A DNA stretch of 59,324 nt, filler included, from Sphacelaria rigidula (Eukaryota): NCBI GenBank assembly GCA_964200075.2. It is 6 parts of 6 records of this genome, joined end to end, with 100 filler letters (N's around TTAATTAATTAA, not from the genome) between each part and the next. Parts side by side here need not be neighbours in the genome. Positions count along the whole stretch, not along the records: positions 19,811 to 29,614 come from CAXNAA020007723.1; positions 29,715 to 39,518 come from CAXNAA020007724.1; 4 more parts are not named here. One strand, given 5' to 3'. The notes beneath the pieces were generated by a model, which did no database searches, was not told where the DNA came from, and saw only the letters and a list, made by a program, of their open reading frames with translations. The translations under genes and the position numbers were made by a program. Shown one piece after another: positions 25,055 to 36,385 of this stretch. Position 1 is the first letter of the stretch; every line of letters begins with the position of its first letter.

Positions 25055-26718
25055 CTGTCGAATGATATCCACACAGGCACATTGTGAGCAATGGGAACCA
25101 ATAGGCGATGTTTCACTGTTCAAACAATTATCATCGACTATACATCGACTATACACCGTCTGAGTACAGTGCGACCAGGGCTAGCAAAGAATTCCCATTG
25201 GGGGTTGAACAGTTTCACCCTTTTTAATTTTGGGAGTTGGGGCCTGAGGTTTGGGCGCAATATTTTTGTTGTCATCAATAGGCGGAAAGTAGCGAAAGTT
25301 GCCAAGAAAGAGATGAAACATTGACAGAAAGTTGGAGCGACTTGGAAAGAAAAGAAAAAAACTCTGGCAACCTCCAGTGAAGAATTTTGAACCTGCGTGT
25401 CAAAGGTCCATGCAACTTTCCGACTCAAAACCGCTGCACCCGGTGGTCTAACTGGTCCAGCAGACCAGAGTCAGGGCGGAGGGTCACGAGTTCGGATCCC
25501 GAAAGACAAATTTGGTTAACAGAATCTGGTTCCGTCGTTAAGGTAATTTCTTATGCAAATTATTTGTTTTTAGCGTCAGCGTGTATCATCAGTAGGCTGG
25601 TCTGCAATTAACATCGGGCTGATTCGGGAAACTGAAGAGGTTATTCTGGGCCAAAGGGATGAGAGATTCTCGTCTGACCAGGCTCGTAGCACTCGAGATT
25701 CGGAGCCACTTATGAGTTCGAAGTGAAAAAGTACCAGAGTACACCAGCGTTTGTGACTTCATGATTAACTGTACAGCAAAGGCTTTTTTGCAGGAAAAAA
25801 AAGAAGCGTTTACGTAAAGTGCCGGCACTCAAAGTGCTCACCATTTGTACCGATCGGCTGCTTGGTCATGGAATACCCTTCAACGATACGTTCAGCTGAT
25901 GGTGTCGCCAGAAACGTCACGAGTTCACCTGTCAGTCGCTTCGTGGATCATCGCTTTACTTTATGGGGTGGTGTTACATCGCCGATTGGGCCTGGTCGCC
26001 GGATGATGCAACGTGTGCACCGTCAACATCCCACCAATATGATTCAGGTTGCAAAGCAGTTGCGTGTGGGTAGACGGCCGGATCTTGTTTTCATTGTAAT
26101 GTCATCAAGGCAGAATGTACATCTGGCTTTTGCATCATCATGCAGTTTCCGCTAAACAAGGTGTGGTACAATAAACCGATGGTATCACTAGAAAAACTAC
26201 GCCGCCACCAGTCTATCGCGTTCTTAACCTACGTTGCATTTGCTAGCGTCAGCTTCACGCACGGCGGAATGAGGTGTTGGGGTCACCGCACCGCACTCCC
26301 CTATGTGCGAACGGAATCCTGGCGCTTTTATCCAAAGTCGACAAGCTTACTACATGAACTCAACATACTGTTAGCCTAGCTGCGGATAGGGGCTTGGAAG
26401 GTGGTTGACTACACGAATCGTTTGGAGTAGACAACGAGACGTTTTGCGCTGAAGCTAGGCATGCTGCACGTCTTCACAGTATTCACACTTGCCAGAGCAA
26501 AGCATGGTGCTGTCGGTGTCTACTGGCCGCCGTGCGCAACGAGACGAAGCAGTGAAAAAATACCACAAGGATGGAACCGGACGCCATGATGCATCGCTTC
26601 ATGTGGTACGGTACAGTACGGTAGAAAACGGGGAGATAAAAACCCTGCGGATACACTCGTTGTTCGTTTTTCCCATCAATACTTCGAGCGGGAAAATTTA
26701 TTGCACGCGGATGCTTAC

Positions 26719-26829
26719 CCGGCAGTGATTATCCTGTCGGTCCCAAAACGATACCCACGACGGGTGTATGATCTCCCGAAATTTACGATACACACGACCG
26801 ACAATTGTGGACCCGCAGGCACCAGTCAT
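26719..26829 (-). CDS. YPEL: Probable first coding exon of the Yippee-like gene
   Basis: ATG-MTGACGSTIVGRVYRKFREIIHPSWVSFWDRQDNHCR, then a GTAAGC donor in phase 0, matching the VYKC exon. GRVYRKF resembles the usual Yippee MGRLF start. Confidence 0.55.
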
Positions 26830-28063
26830 GTTCGTTTCATAAAAAATAGAGGCATATTGCTTGAAAGGCACGGCGATCTATGATATGCTATACTACATCT
26901 CTGTCGAGTTAACCCTTGACCTGCAGCCCCACTCAGATCGCCCAAGATCGTCCATGGTTAAGTTTGGCTCCGGGTCTGTTGTTTTTCAGGGGGCAGAGCA
27001 CGCCCATTAATCTGGACAAGCGGATGTCGAGTGTTTGTGTAGAATCTAGTGCATGAGAGCGCCTTACCGTTTTCTCTGGCCAGGATACGTGGGCTCACGT
27101 CTTGGTATGCTGAGTAGGCGGTACGTGCTGCCGTGGGCAAGTGGCGCACCCTGGCTACCACTACTGCTGCGATGTACTCGAGCAATATACTCTTCGCCTT
27201 GCTTTGGCAGTGTTAGTACTTCCAAGCTATTGCTGGCGTACCTCCTGCATGTTTCGGTGTTACACTCCATGTCACATCATCTCAACCGCAGTCTACCGTA
27301 CCGCGTTACTATTGTAACATGAAGACAGACTTGTTTCATCAGCGACTGAATACAACAAACAATAGTGCAGTAAGCACCGTACCCTAGCTCTCTAGTGCAC
27401 ACAGTAGTACAGTCTAAACTGCGGTTCCATCGCTGTTTAGTGTTATGCGACAGTCTGCAGCTCTTGACACAAGAAACGGAGGTAGTAGGTGGAAAATACT
27501 ACAGAGAGAAAAATCATCCATTCTTGTGTGTATCTATGGTTGATGGTACAACGGTACAATATAGCTTCACCTCCAGATGGGCGATTGTGGGTGATTTATA
27601 GGGGAACTTAGTGGATCATTTCACCCATCAGAACAATCAAAATGGTCACTCTACCCCTCTTCAGGGCTGTTGCTCGAGCTAGAATTTTTCCTCGAAAGAC
27701 TCTTGGTCGAGATGGGAAGCATTCGCTAACGATCGGGGAACCTATACGCCCCCCCGTCACAAGCATTAGAACACCTGGATTGTCAGCCAATAAAACTGTT
27801 CCAAAACGATGCTGTCGAACGTATTCGCCGCCCTATCCAAAGCATTGGAACCCCTGGACTGTCAGCCGGTATAACTGTTCCAAAACGATGCTGGAGATCG
27901 AAGATTTTTTTTGTCGAACACACCTTTTATGGCGATAGCTGCTAAAGCCTGATATCACTTTGAAAACGGCGGGGGGGTGGGGGGGGAAGGGGGGGTATAT
28001 GGTACGTAAATATACCCCTCATAAAAACATGACTTAATCATAAAAGTTGATATACTTGTATTA

Positions 28064-28440
28064 GGCCGCTTCTTATAGACTGAAAAAAGTCACTGAAAAT
28101 AGTTTGGACGGACGACTTTTCTCAGTGTTTTTTTAGACACGACTGAATCATAAAAGTTGATATATTTGTAGTAGGCCGCCTCTTATATAGACTGAAGAAA
28201 GTAACTGAAGGAAGTTTAGGCGGACAACTTTTCTCAGCGATTTTTTTCAGAGAAGTCAGCTTTCAAAACCCCACCTTATATTCTATGATAAAATCCTGGG
28301 GATTTGTACACCCGAGGCCATCATCTAGTCTGCGTGTAGACGGTGGTGGTGGTCATCATTTGCATTTTGTGCTTGTGCCACCTGCGGTAAACTAACACGT
28401 AAATGATCCCATCCAGGTACAGGATAGATGAGACGGTAAC

Positions 28441-28501
<61 letters not shown>

Positions 28502-29253
28502 CACACACGCACACGCACACACATACAGTAACTACTGGTATGATAGGGATCGAAATGGCAGGCGTATCAACCCTTACTTCAGCCGACCGCCGCTTAGTAC
28601 AGTAGTAGTGTCGCAAGCGGTGCACTGTGCAGCAGACGATTTGTGCCACACCGCACACAACAGACTCACGTGACAGTCAGTAGTGCGGTAGCAACCGTCT
28701 CAGTACACAGAATACTACAGAGTTCGCAATCGGTGGCGGGCACGATGAGCATGAAACGATACGAGCAGTCAATACAGCCAGCAGGGGTGACATCGTGCTA
28801 TTTTATAGCAGTAACGCTGCCGGCGAAAAAGCACTGTACTGTATGTACTGTCTGTGCCTGGTCCTATGGTCATGAAGAGGATGCACGGAGTGTTGCAGCA
28901 GCTATGCTGTTGCCACGGTATTGTACATAAAACATCCACAGCTACTTTTGCACTGACTGTACTGCACTTGTCTGCGAGGAGTGTGTGATGGAGCATTGAC
29001 TGTAACATTGCGGGTGCGGTGTGCGAGGAGGGTGTGATGGAATGTCAATTCCCAGACAGAGAAAAGTCTGTGGGAATCGATGACTTTTCCTGAAGAGATT
29101 TGAAAAAACCGCGCTGTTTAGAAACGGCTGCTGGGTTCCAGAGTTTTTTTTTCCATGAAAAATGGCCCTGTAAGGTCGCGTTCTCAAAGAGTCTCTGGAA
29201 AATGACCAAAGCGACTTTCCTCAGTGCCTTTTTTCAGTCTGTAAGAAGTGGTC
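28064..29253. mobile_element. PIF/Harbinger-type non-autonomous element
   Basis: Left TIR GGCCGCTTCTTATAGACTG after TTA; right end CAGTCTGTAAGAAGTGGTC followed by TTG. Ends of the same family occur at 37396 and about 29760-29775. Confidence 0.65.
28444..28523. repeat. (CA)n microsatellite
   Basis: About 80 bp CA/CG run. Confidence 0.95.
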
Positions 29254-29614
29254 TTGGCCCTTTTGGGACTGGGCCTCCAGAACGACCAACAAGGCTGGTA
29301 GGGAATGACGTATCTTGCATATGCATGAAACAGTGGATTGATGTTCCTAAAAATCTACGTATGTACGAGTATGTAACCGCAAGGTCAGATGAAGACCGAA
29401 AGTTTCATCCAATCTATTTCAAGGGCAGGTACAAACAGTCTGCACTGTAATACTTTGGGTGTAGTACGCACCAGGTATTGTACAGATGTGCCAAGCAGTA
29501 TCAGTCGCGGTTGAGAGCTTTCAACAGGATGTGGCAACCACCGCCCGCCACTTGTGGCCGTGGATACTATCCCCATCACCTTGCCACACAGCCCTTTGTG
29601 GTCGGGGTGGGCCG

Positions 29615-29714
29615 NNNNNNNNNNNNNNNNNNNNNNNNNNNNNNNNNNNNNNNNNNNNTTAATTAATTAANNNNNNNNNNNNNNNNNNNNNNNNNNNNNN
29701 NNNNNNNNNNNNNN
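29615..29714. other. Artificial contig spacer
   Basis: N44-TTAATTAATTAA-N44. Confidence 0.99.
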
Positions 29715-30028
29715 GTAAAAGCTCCAAAAAGACACTTTTCCAGGTTTTTATTTTTGTCTAATATAGGAAGCGGCCTTAAACAGCTTGTTTCTAGTTTGTG
29801 GAGAAACTGTAAATCGCTTGAAGTGCATATATATATATATATATATATATATTTCGTGGCCTCCCCGGGAAGGTTGTGCATTGTGATGATAGAAATAATG
29901 TGTCAATATTTCAGCGCCCAACGCTTCGGATTACCCACCACTCGGCCCGGATACATTCGCAAATCACTGTCAGCTGGCCCAGCTCGTACAATATTTTTTT
30001 GCGTTATTTGTTTGCCATGAGAACTGAC

Positions 30029-30640
30029 CTTGGACGCGGAGGGGTCCCGGCGTCGCTGACGACAGTATGCTCCTGTTTACAGGCTATGTTTTGGGCAGCG
30101 ACCTCGCGCGCCACCGCAGCTATAACGGCACGCGCCTGCTTAAAGTATCTTCTTTGCTGACGGGCAACGCTGTTGTTTTCATGAAAGAGGGTGGGATAAT
30201 ATATTCACGACTACGAACTACGAACACAATAAAAGCGGCGCAATTGCCGCCGGCTCCTTTTGGATACCGACTCTCGTTGTACTCAGGAGTATCTATCTGA
30301 TGGGCTTTTCCACCGCATCTCATGTGTCCCAACACCCCCCACCGTGATGGCAATATCTCAATACACACAGCAGCTGCAAAGTCAAATCAAATTGCTCTGT
30401 GTAGCTAAGATGCATTTCTATGAGTCCTCCACGTTACGGCTGCGCGTATTCCTGCCGTGGATGAAAATGTCGATGTATAGTAAGGTTAATCTTTCGCGAT
30501 TTCCGCACGATCCCGAGAATTAATTAGCGCGAATTGGATGTTAAACGATGGCTATTAGCACTTACTACTCGCCTCTTCAGTTTCAGCGGGCTGCCAGTCG
30601 TGCAGCGCGAGTTATCTGCGATCGCGTGTAGGTCGGCCAT
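30029..30640 (-). CDS. Putative first two exons of an unknown gene truncated at the contig 4 left end
   Basis: 30566-30640 (MADLHAIADNSRCTTGSPLKLKRRV, GTAAGT donor) is in phase with 30029-30156 (QRRYFKQARAVIAAVAREVAAQ..., GTCAGT donor). Confidence 0.4.
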
Positions 30641-31989
30641 ATTGGAAAATGGCTTGTGGGCTTGTACAGATTTCCTTGGCCTTTTTCGCGGTTACCCGTC
30701 GATCGTTCGTGTACTGTACTGGACGGAATTGAACCGGAATTCGACGGAGGGGTAGTGTAGGAAAAGCATTACACCTGTGCATCAGCATAGTTATCATTTC
30801 TCTGCCCTTTCGACTTATTTCACTTCACCAAGTCGTGTTTTGGGGGTGGTGGTGAAAAACGTGACACTACACTGGGCGTAACACTGACAGCAAAAAGACC
30901 ACGAAAAAAGGAAATGTCGGCGAAGCACTGAGCAATGATACTGATACTGATATGCTGTACGAGTAACACAACAGTACAGTTGCATGCACAGTCCAGGCAC
31001 TCATATAAACATACGCTTTTTTTTGCGTGAGGCTGTGTGATCATTACTGGGCCCCTAGCTGGGGATCGGTGGGTGTGCGACAATCAATCGATCAATCGAT
31101 CAAACAAAATGATTGTTAAGGACAGTCGAGCAAGAAGTCGGCCATCATGTTGATTCTTTGAATCAATCCTTCCCCAACTGGCACCACTAGTGTGAATTGT
31201 GAAATCATGAAAGTGCCCGAATATCCGATCGGAACTCACGGCTCACACGGGGCGGGCGTACGCACTTCAACTTTGTTTTGGGTACGAGTAGCAGAGAACC
31301 TATGTTTTGTACCATTGCATTTGCTATTACAGACAGTGTAGTAGAGGTGTTACTGTACCTCAACTCGGGGTTCCCGGTATATATCACTGAAAAATTACTG
31401 CGAAATATTCCGGGAATCTCGAGTCTGAGATACCTCTACAGCAGCAGTAAGATTAAGATTTACGTACTGTCTAGACTGGCGCCCAGAATAAATGGGACGA
31501 CAACACACACACAACACACACACAACACACACACCGTGTGTACGAGTACTTCATTTATTGTGTAGCTGCTGACAGGCCTGTCAATTGATGCCGGAGATAC
31601 TTTTTCAACTCAAGTACAGTAGGGACCAGCCTGTATGAGCTTGTGGGGGCAGACTGGTTTGTACCGTTTTGCTGTCGTGCAATATATGCTGCCAGATAGG
31701 GCTATCTCTGCTACCTGTGAATGTCTAAGATCTCATGGAGATCGAACTTGCCGCCAATGCGCTCGACATAGACAACAACTACTTTGTCTGTGTACTGAAT
31801 GAATGCTGTACCTTGGTACTGGTTCGAAATCAGCCTCAATGTCATGCCGCAGAAGACGGTGTATACCACCCCTGAGGTAGACGATATCAACCTCGATTTT
31901 CCAATACATTGTGGAGATAACACTCGCTCCAAAGCTATATAATAGGAACATCATCTCAAATATCGATGGTTTCATAAGATCTGTTGAAG

Positions 31990-32330
31990 CTTGAGATCTT
32001 GACCCCCGAGATTAATGGGTACGAAGAGCGCGATACATGGGGCTGTTATACAGCGTCAGCTAGTACAAATGATCGGTACGTGTATGTGACCCCCGGTCGC
32101 CAGCACCCCGTGCATCCGAATTGTCACACAACGTCTTTTGGATATTTTCAGGTACAACAGTATCAACACACCCACACGTAATTGTACTGTCTGTGGGGCG
32201 GGTCAAACGTGTAACATAATGTCGCCGAAGGAGGAGTGGGCGGGAAATAGTGGAGTCGGACTGACGGTGGTGGCGGTGGCTGCTGGCGTTGCTATGACGG
32301 CTGAAGGTGCCGCACTTGCATGTCCACAAG
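31990..32330 (+). CDS. Two phase-matched exons of an unknown Cys-containing protein (gene probably spans about 31.3-35.0 kb)
   Basis: 31990-32075 (LEILTPEINGYEERDTWGCYTASASTND) joins 32152-32330 (RYNSINTPTRNCTVCGAGQTCNI...AALACPQ) with canonical sites. Further candidate exons near 32930-33036 and 34845-35011. Confidence 0.45.
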
Positions 32331-33545
32331 GTGAGGGAATTGTATCACGTCCGACGCTCATCATCAATGAGGCAACCTGCCGAGTAAAGGTCAACTTGTC
32401 ATATAATACCGCCGGGCAGAGGGGTCGGACAGGCCTGAAAGCGCCAAGTGTGTCTATGAGCATGTGCGATTTGGTTCAAGGCAACAATCGTAAGATGGTT
32501 TGTGAAAGTGTGCTTCTCTAGTGGTGGCTTTCGGTTCTGCCCACTGCGTTATTCTTGTTGGGTGCGGTTAGTGTGCGGACCTTCTCGTGTTCTCGCCCCC
32601 TCGATCATCCGCAGGTCGGGGGTTGTCTTCGACACTTGAGTCTTATGTGTTTCCTCTCTTCATTACGAGTATTTTGGTTATTTTTCTCTGTCATGAATGG
32701 GCACCCACAGGGGAGCATATTAGCATATTTGTGCCGATGAAGAATGAAAGATGGAGCGATGAAGCGCGATGTACATGAGCAACACGCACAAGGTCACTCG
32801 CGGCTTCGTAACCGTTGCTATGGTTTGCTTCATGTCAAATCGACTCACGCACGCGAAAAAAAGCGCTGGAAGCAATCGCATCACAGTTGTCGTTACTTTT
32901 GCTCTTCGCTGGCAACTTCCCACATGCAGTCAGTCCAGCATCATCAATGGCAGTTGGTTCAGTGAAGTCAGTTTTCTCCTGCGCTACAACATTGCATCCG
33001 AAAAAGCACCTGCCAGTTTGCTCGGGTTGACGGCAGGTAAAGCTGAAGAGAAAGAAGCCGCTCGATGGATTTTCATTATCAAGTACAGCGCATAGTAGTA
33101 GGGTGTGCACCGTCTGAAATCTTGCCGCGGTACGCAAACCGTAGATCGAGCAGCATACCTGAAGCTGTTGGATAAAGCGTGTGGTTTATGGGTCGGGGGG
33201 TGTCGCAGGTCGTCGCACATGCTCGTATAGTGCGCAACATTTGACATGAGCGGGGGGGTCGGATTTCGGAGACACCACACGAAAAACGGAAGTTATTTTC
33301 GCCATCTTTAGTGCGTACATGTGTCTGCAGAACACTCGAGTTTTGTGTCGAAACACTCTGGGGATACCTTATGCGGGAGCAGGTTCGAGTCTTCATGCAA
33401 AGTGCAACGAGTGCATAGTCGGTGCCGCACCGTATCTCACACTACTATACAGTGAACCGTAGTATTTGCGACAGCGTTTTGCAAGTACGCCAAGAGTACT
33501 ACAACTGCTCAGTACCGTACCGTACAGTGTTGTGGAGAGGATGAA

Positions 33546-33644
33546 CCCCTTTGACCGCCAGCGTTGATCATCTGTCGAATCGGCATCACCTTTACTTGAA
33601 CAATTATTTCGTTATGCAGATGACCCACCCTGGCGGTCAAAGGG
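33546..33644. mobile_element. Miniature piggyBac-like inverted-repeat element
   Basis: TIR CCCTTTGACCGCCAG...CTGGCGGTCAAAGGG; flanks TGAA and TTGA each one mismatch from TTAA. Confidence 0.55.
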
Positions 33645-35357
33645 TTGAGTGCCGCGAGGCGTTTCCGTCTCAACCCTCTCCCCATCTGGGCGCTGTTTTG
33701 ATGGCAGATGAAAAAGAGACGGGATAACCAAATCCGGTGACAGGGAAGCTGTTCTCACAGTCTGTTTTTGTTCATCTTCGCATGACGATCGACCAAAACC
33801 TCCATGACAGTCGCCCCTTGCTTGACGAGCGGCTTTGCGTCAGTCGGCGTGCTCGCCGTCTCGACTACTGTACTGTGCCCCTTTTACCTCACTGGGTTTT
33901 TATCGCCACCGACAACACTAGTTTCGTGGATGTCGGCAGGACATGAATGGTTCGAAAAACCGTTGTCCCTTAGGAGAAGATTACGGAGTACATTCGTCTA
34001 TCGTTGTTTGAAGTCTGTGGTCCTCTCGCACATTCGTTACAACTCCTTGGCGCCATTTCGTTCTTCACGATAACTTGCACATACAAAAACGTCAAGAACA
34101 TTCGTCGTTGTTCGCGGTCGCGGTGGGACAGGTCCAGGTCCCGTCCGCCCAGGGGGGAAGAGGACGGAGCTGGGAGGGTATACACTGTGGGTAACGGAAT
34201 GTTCGGTATATTTGCGGATCTCCATCCCCCCTGTTCGTTGCACGGAGGTCGTCTCGTGCCTTGTCGCGTCTGCGTTTGTATTTTTGACTGTTTCAAGAAG
34301 CATAGCTCGTGGATTAACTAATGAGTCCTATACGCTATACATTTTCTAGTGGACTGCGAAGAAGCTTTCTCGGAGTGTCCTTTACTACTACTGTACGCTC
34401 GCCGTGATGCTCGCACCCTTGACTCACTTTTGGGCCTCGATTTTTGGTCATTTGGTAACCTTAGAGTACACTGAATTCTCTGGACCCCGATAGCACCCGG
34501 GAGTGGTGTTCCTGGTTTGTGTGAGGGGTATACTGTACCACCTACCCCGATACCTTCCTCGACTGTGATGAGTGCGATCTTTTTGCTGTCTAGGAACAGC
34601 CGAAAACTCACCATCCCCGGATGCTGTTCAGGGAAGGAAATCGCACCCTGCACACGCGTCTCATGTAATGGGTTTCGCGGTACTCTTCTACATCAGCGGT
34701 GTAGTCAGCACAACGTCACACGGCTTGCACTATACATTACACAGCCCAAGCCGTTGTTCACCTGAACAGGAAAGTTCATGCATGTTGGTCCATTTTTCAT
34801 GGTTGAAAATCTTCCATTTTTCTTTTCATCTAGAGCCCCATCAGATCCGGATCTGTGGGGAGCTGACGGTCTGAAGTCCCAGATACTCCCTTTGTGCGCA
34901 GAATACTCCGCGCCGAACTTCGTCATCGAACACTTCGGCGAGGGCTACCTCCTCATGCCCGGGATTATTCGGCTTTCCTCGAGTTGTGGTTGGGAATATG
35001 GTCCGGCATAAACGACTATGTGGTAACGGTGGTTTTATGGTCACAAGTGCGTCTAGAATCTTCTCGCGCCAAACGTCGCAGATCGACCGTACTGCCATCG
35101 ATTCACCACTGACTCTCTGGTAATGTACTGTCTCTTTATTGGTCAGAACAATTTTTGCTGTAGATCGACCACCACACGGTACTGCTCTTGTGTTCTGTAC
35201 TGGCTGTGCTGTGCATCGTGGATCAGAACAATTTCTGCCACAACCCGTACCCCGAGGCATCGGGGAAACTCATGCGTTGTAAAGAACCGAGCACGAGGAC
35301 GTTCCCCATTTTCTCCGATTTGCCTTCTGTTCATTGTCTCCATTGGGCAGCGTATTA

Positions 35358-35719
35358 AGCCGTTTCTTCCGGTTCGTATTTTGTTTGGCTCGTATTTTCC
35401 ACTTTGAGGACATTTGACAAGGTTTTTGACCCCCAAACAGGGAAAATCGTCACCACACGCCTTGGACACTCTGTATCACCCCACCGAGAGGAGCCTAGCC
35501 CACTTTTCTGATTCGCTTGGTTCAGTTGTCCAGAGGCCGGTCTCGAAATCTCTGACCCAAGCGAATCGGAAAATTGGGCTAGGCTCCTTTCGGTGGGGTG
35601 ATACAGAGTGTCCAAGGCGTGTGGTGACGATTTTCCCTGTTTGGGGGTCAAAAACCTTGTCAAATGTCCTCTAAGTGGAAAATACGAGCCAAACAAAATA
35701 CGAACCGGAAGAAACGACA
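35358..35719. mobile_element. Near-perfect palindromic MITE (Harbinger-type)
   Basis: Arms of about 165 bp are almost exactly complementary; flanked by TTA and TGA. Confidence 0.85.
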
Positions 35720-35722
35720 TGA

Positions 35723-35900
35723 GGCCAACTCTTACGGGAGCGTTTGGAATTTTATTTTGCAACAATTTCAGAGGAGTTTTTCTTTCTTTCTTTGTCATCA
35801 TGGTGAACGGGCGCAAAATACACAACTACGGCAGAGAAAAATAAAAGGCGTCTCAAATTATCGCAAAATAAAATTCTAAACGCTCCCGTAAGAGTTGGCC
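35723..35900. mobile_element. Palindromic MITE with GGCCAACTCTTACGGGAGCG TIRs
   Basis: Perfect TIR of more than 20 bp; flanked by TGA and TTA. Confidence 0.85.
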
Positions 35901-35903
35901 TTA

Positions 35904-36385
35904 GGCCGGATGTTATGGCACACATGTATTTCACCCACGGATTATTTACTTTGGGGACGTTTGACCCACTTTTTGACCCCCAAACAGGAAAAATCGCCAA
36001 CACACGTCTTGGACACCTTTGCATCATCCCACAGAGAGGAGGCTAACCCACCTTTCAGATTCGCTTTGCTTCAAGGTTTTGAGAGTGGCCGCTGAACAAA
36101 AATCTGTGTGCAATAAAATCCACGGCGATCTCCACAGATTTTTGGGCGAACTGCCGCATGTTGACAAGCACAGATCATTGTACACGAATTATTGTTCGGC
36201 GCCGATCTCTGAACCTCGGAGCCAAGCGAATCTGGAGCGTAGGCCAGGCTCCTCTCTGTGGGGTGATACAAAGCGTCCGAGACGTGTATTGGCGATTTTC
36301 CCTGTTTGAGGGTCAAAAAGCGGGTCAAACGTCCTAAAAGTGAACAATCCGTGGGCCAATAATCCGTTTGCCGTAACATCCGGCC
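35904..36385. mobile_element. Palindromic MITE with GGCCGGATGTTA TIRs; internal core related to 35358-35719
   Basis: GGCCGGATGTTATGGC...GCCGTAACATCCGGCC; shares the TTTTTGACCCCCAAACAGG core; flanked by TTA and TTG. Confidence 0.8.

Noticed and set aside
27068..30640. Phase-compatible exon chain from 30029-30156 to 27068-27244
   Set aside because: It crosses an artificial contig junction; the phase match is chance.
35143..35844. Mirror-image ORFs on both strands (MSKACGDDFPCLG...)
   Set aside because: By-product of the palindromic MITE.
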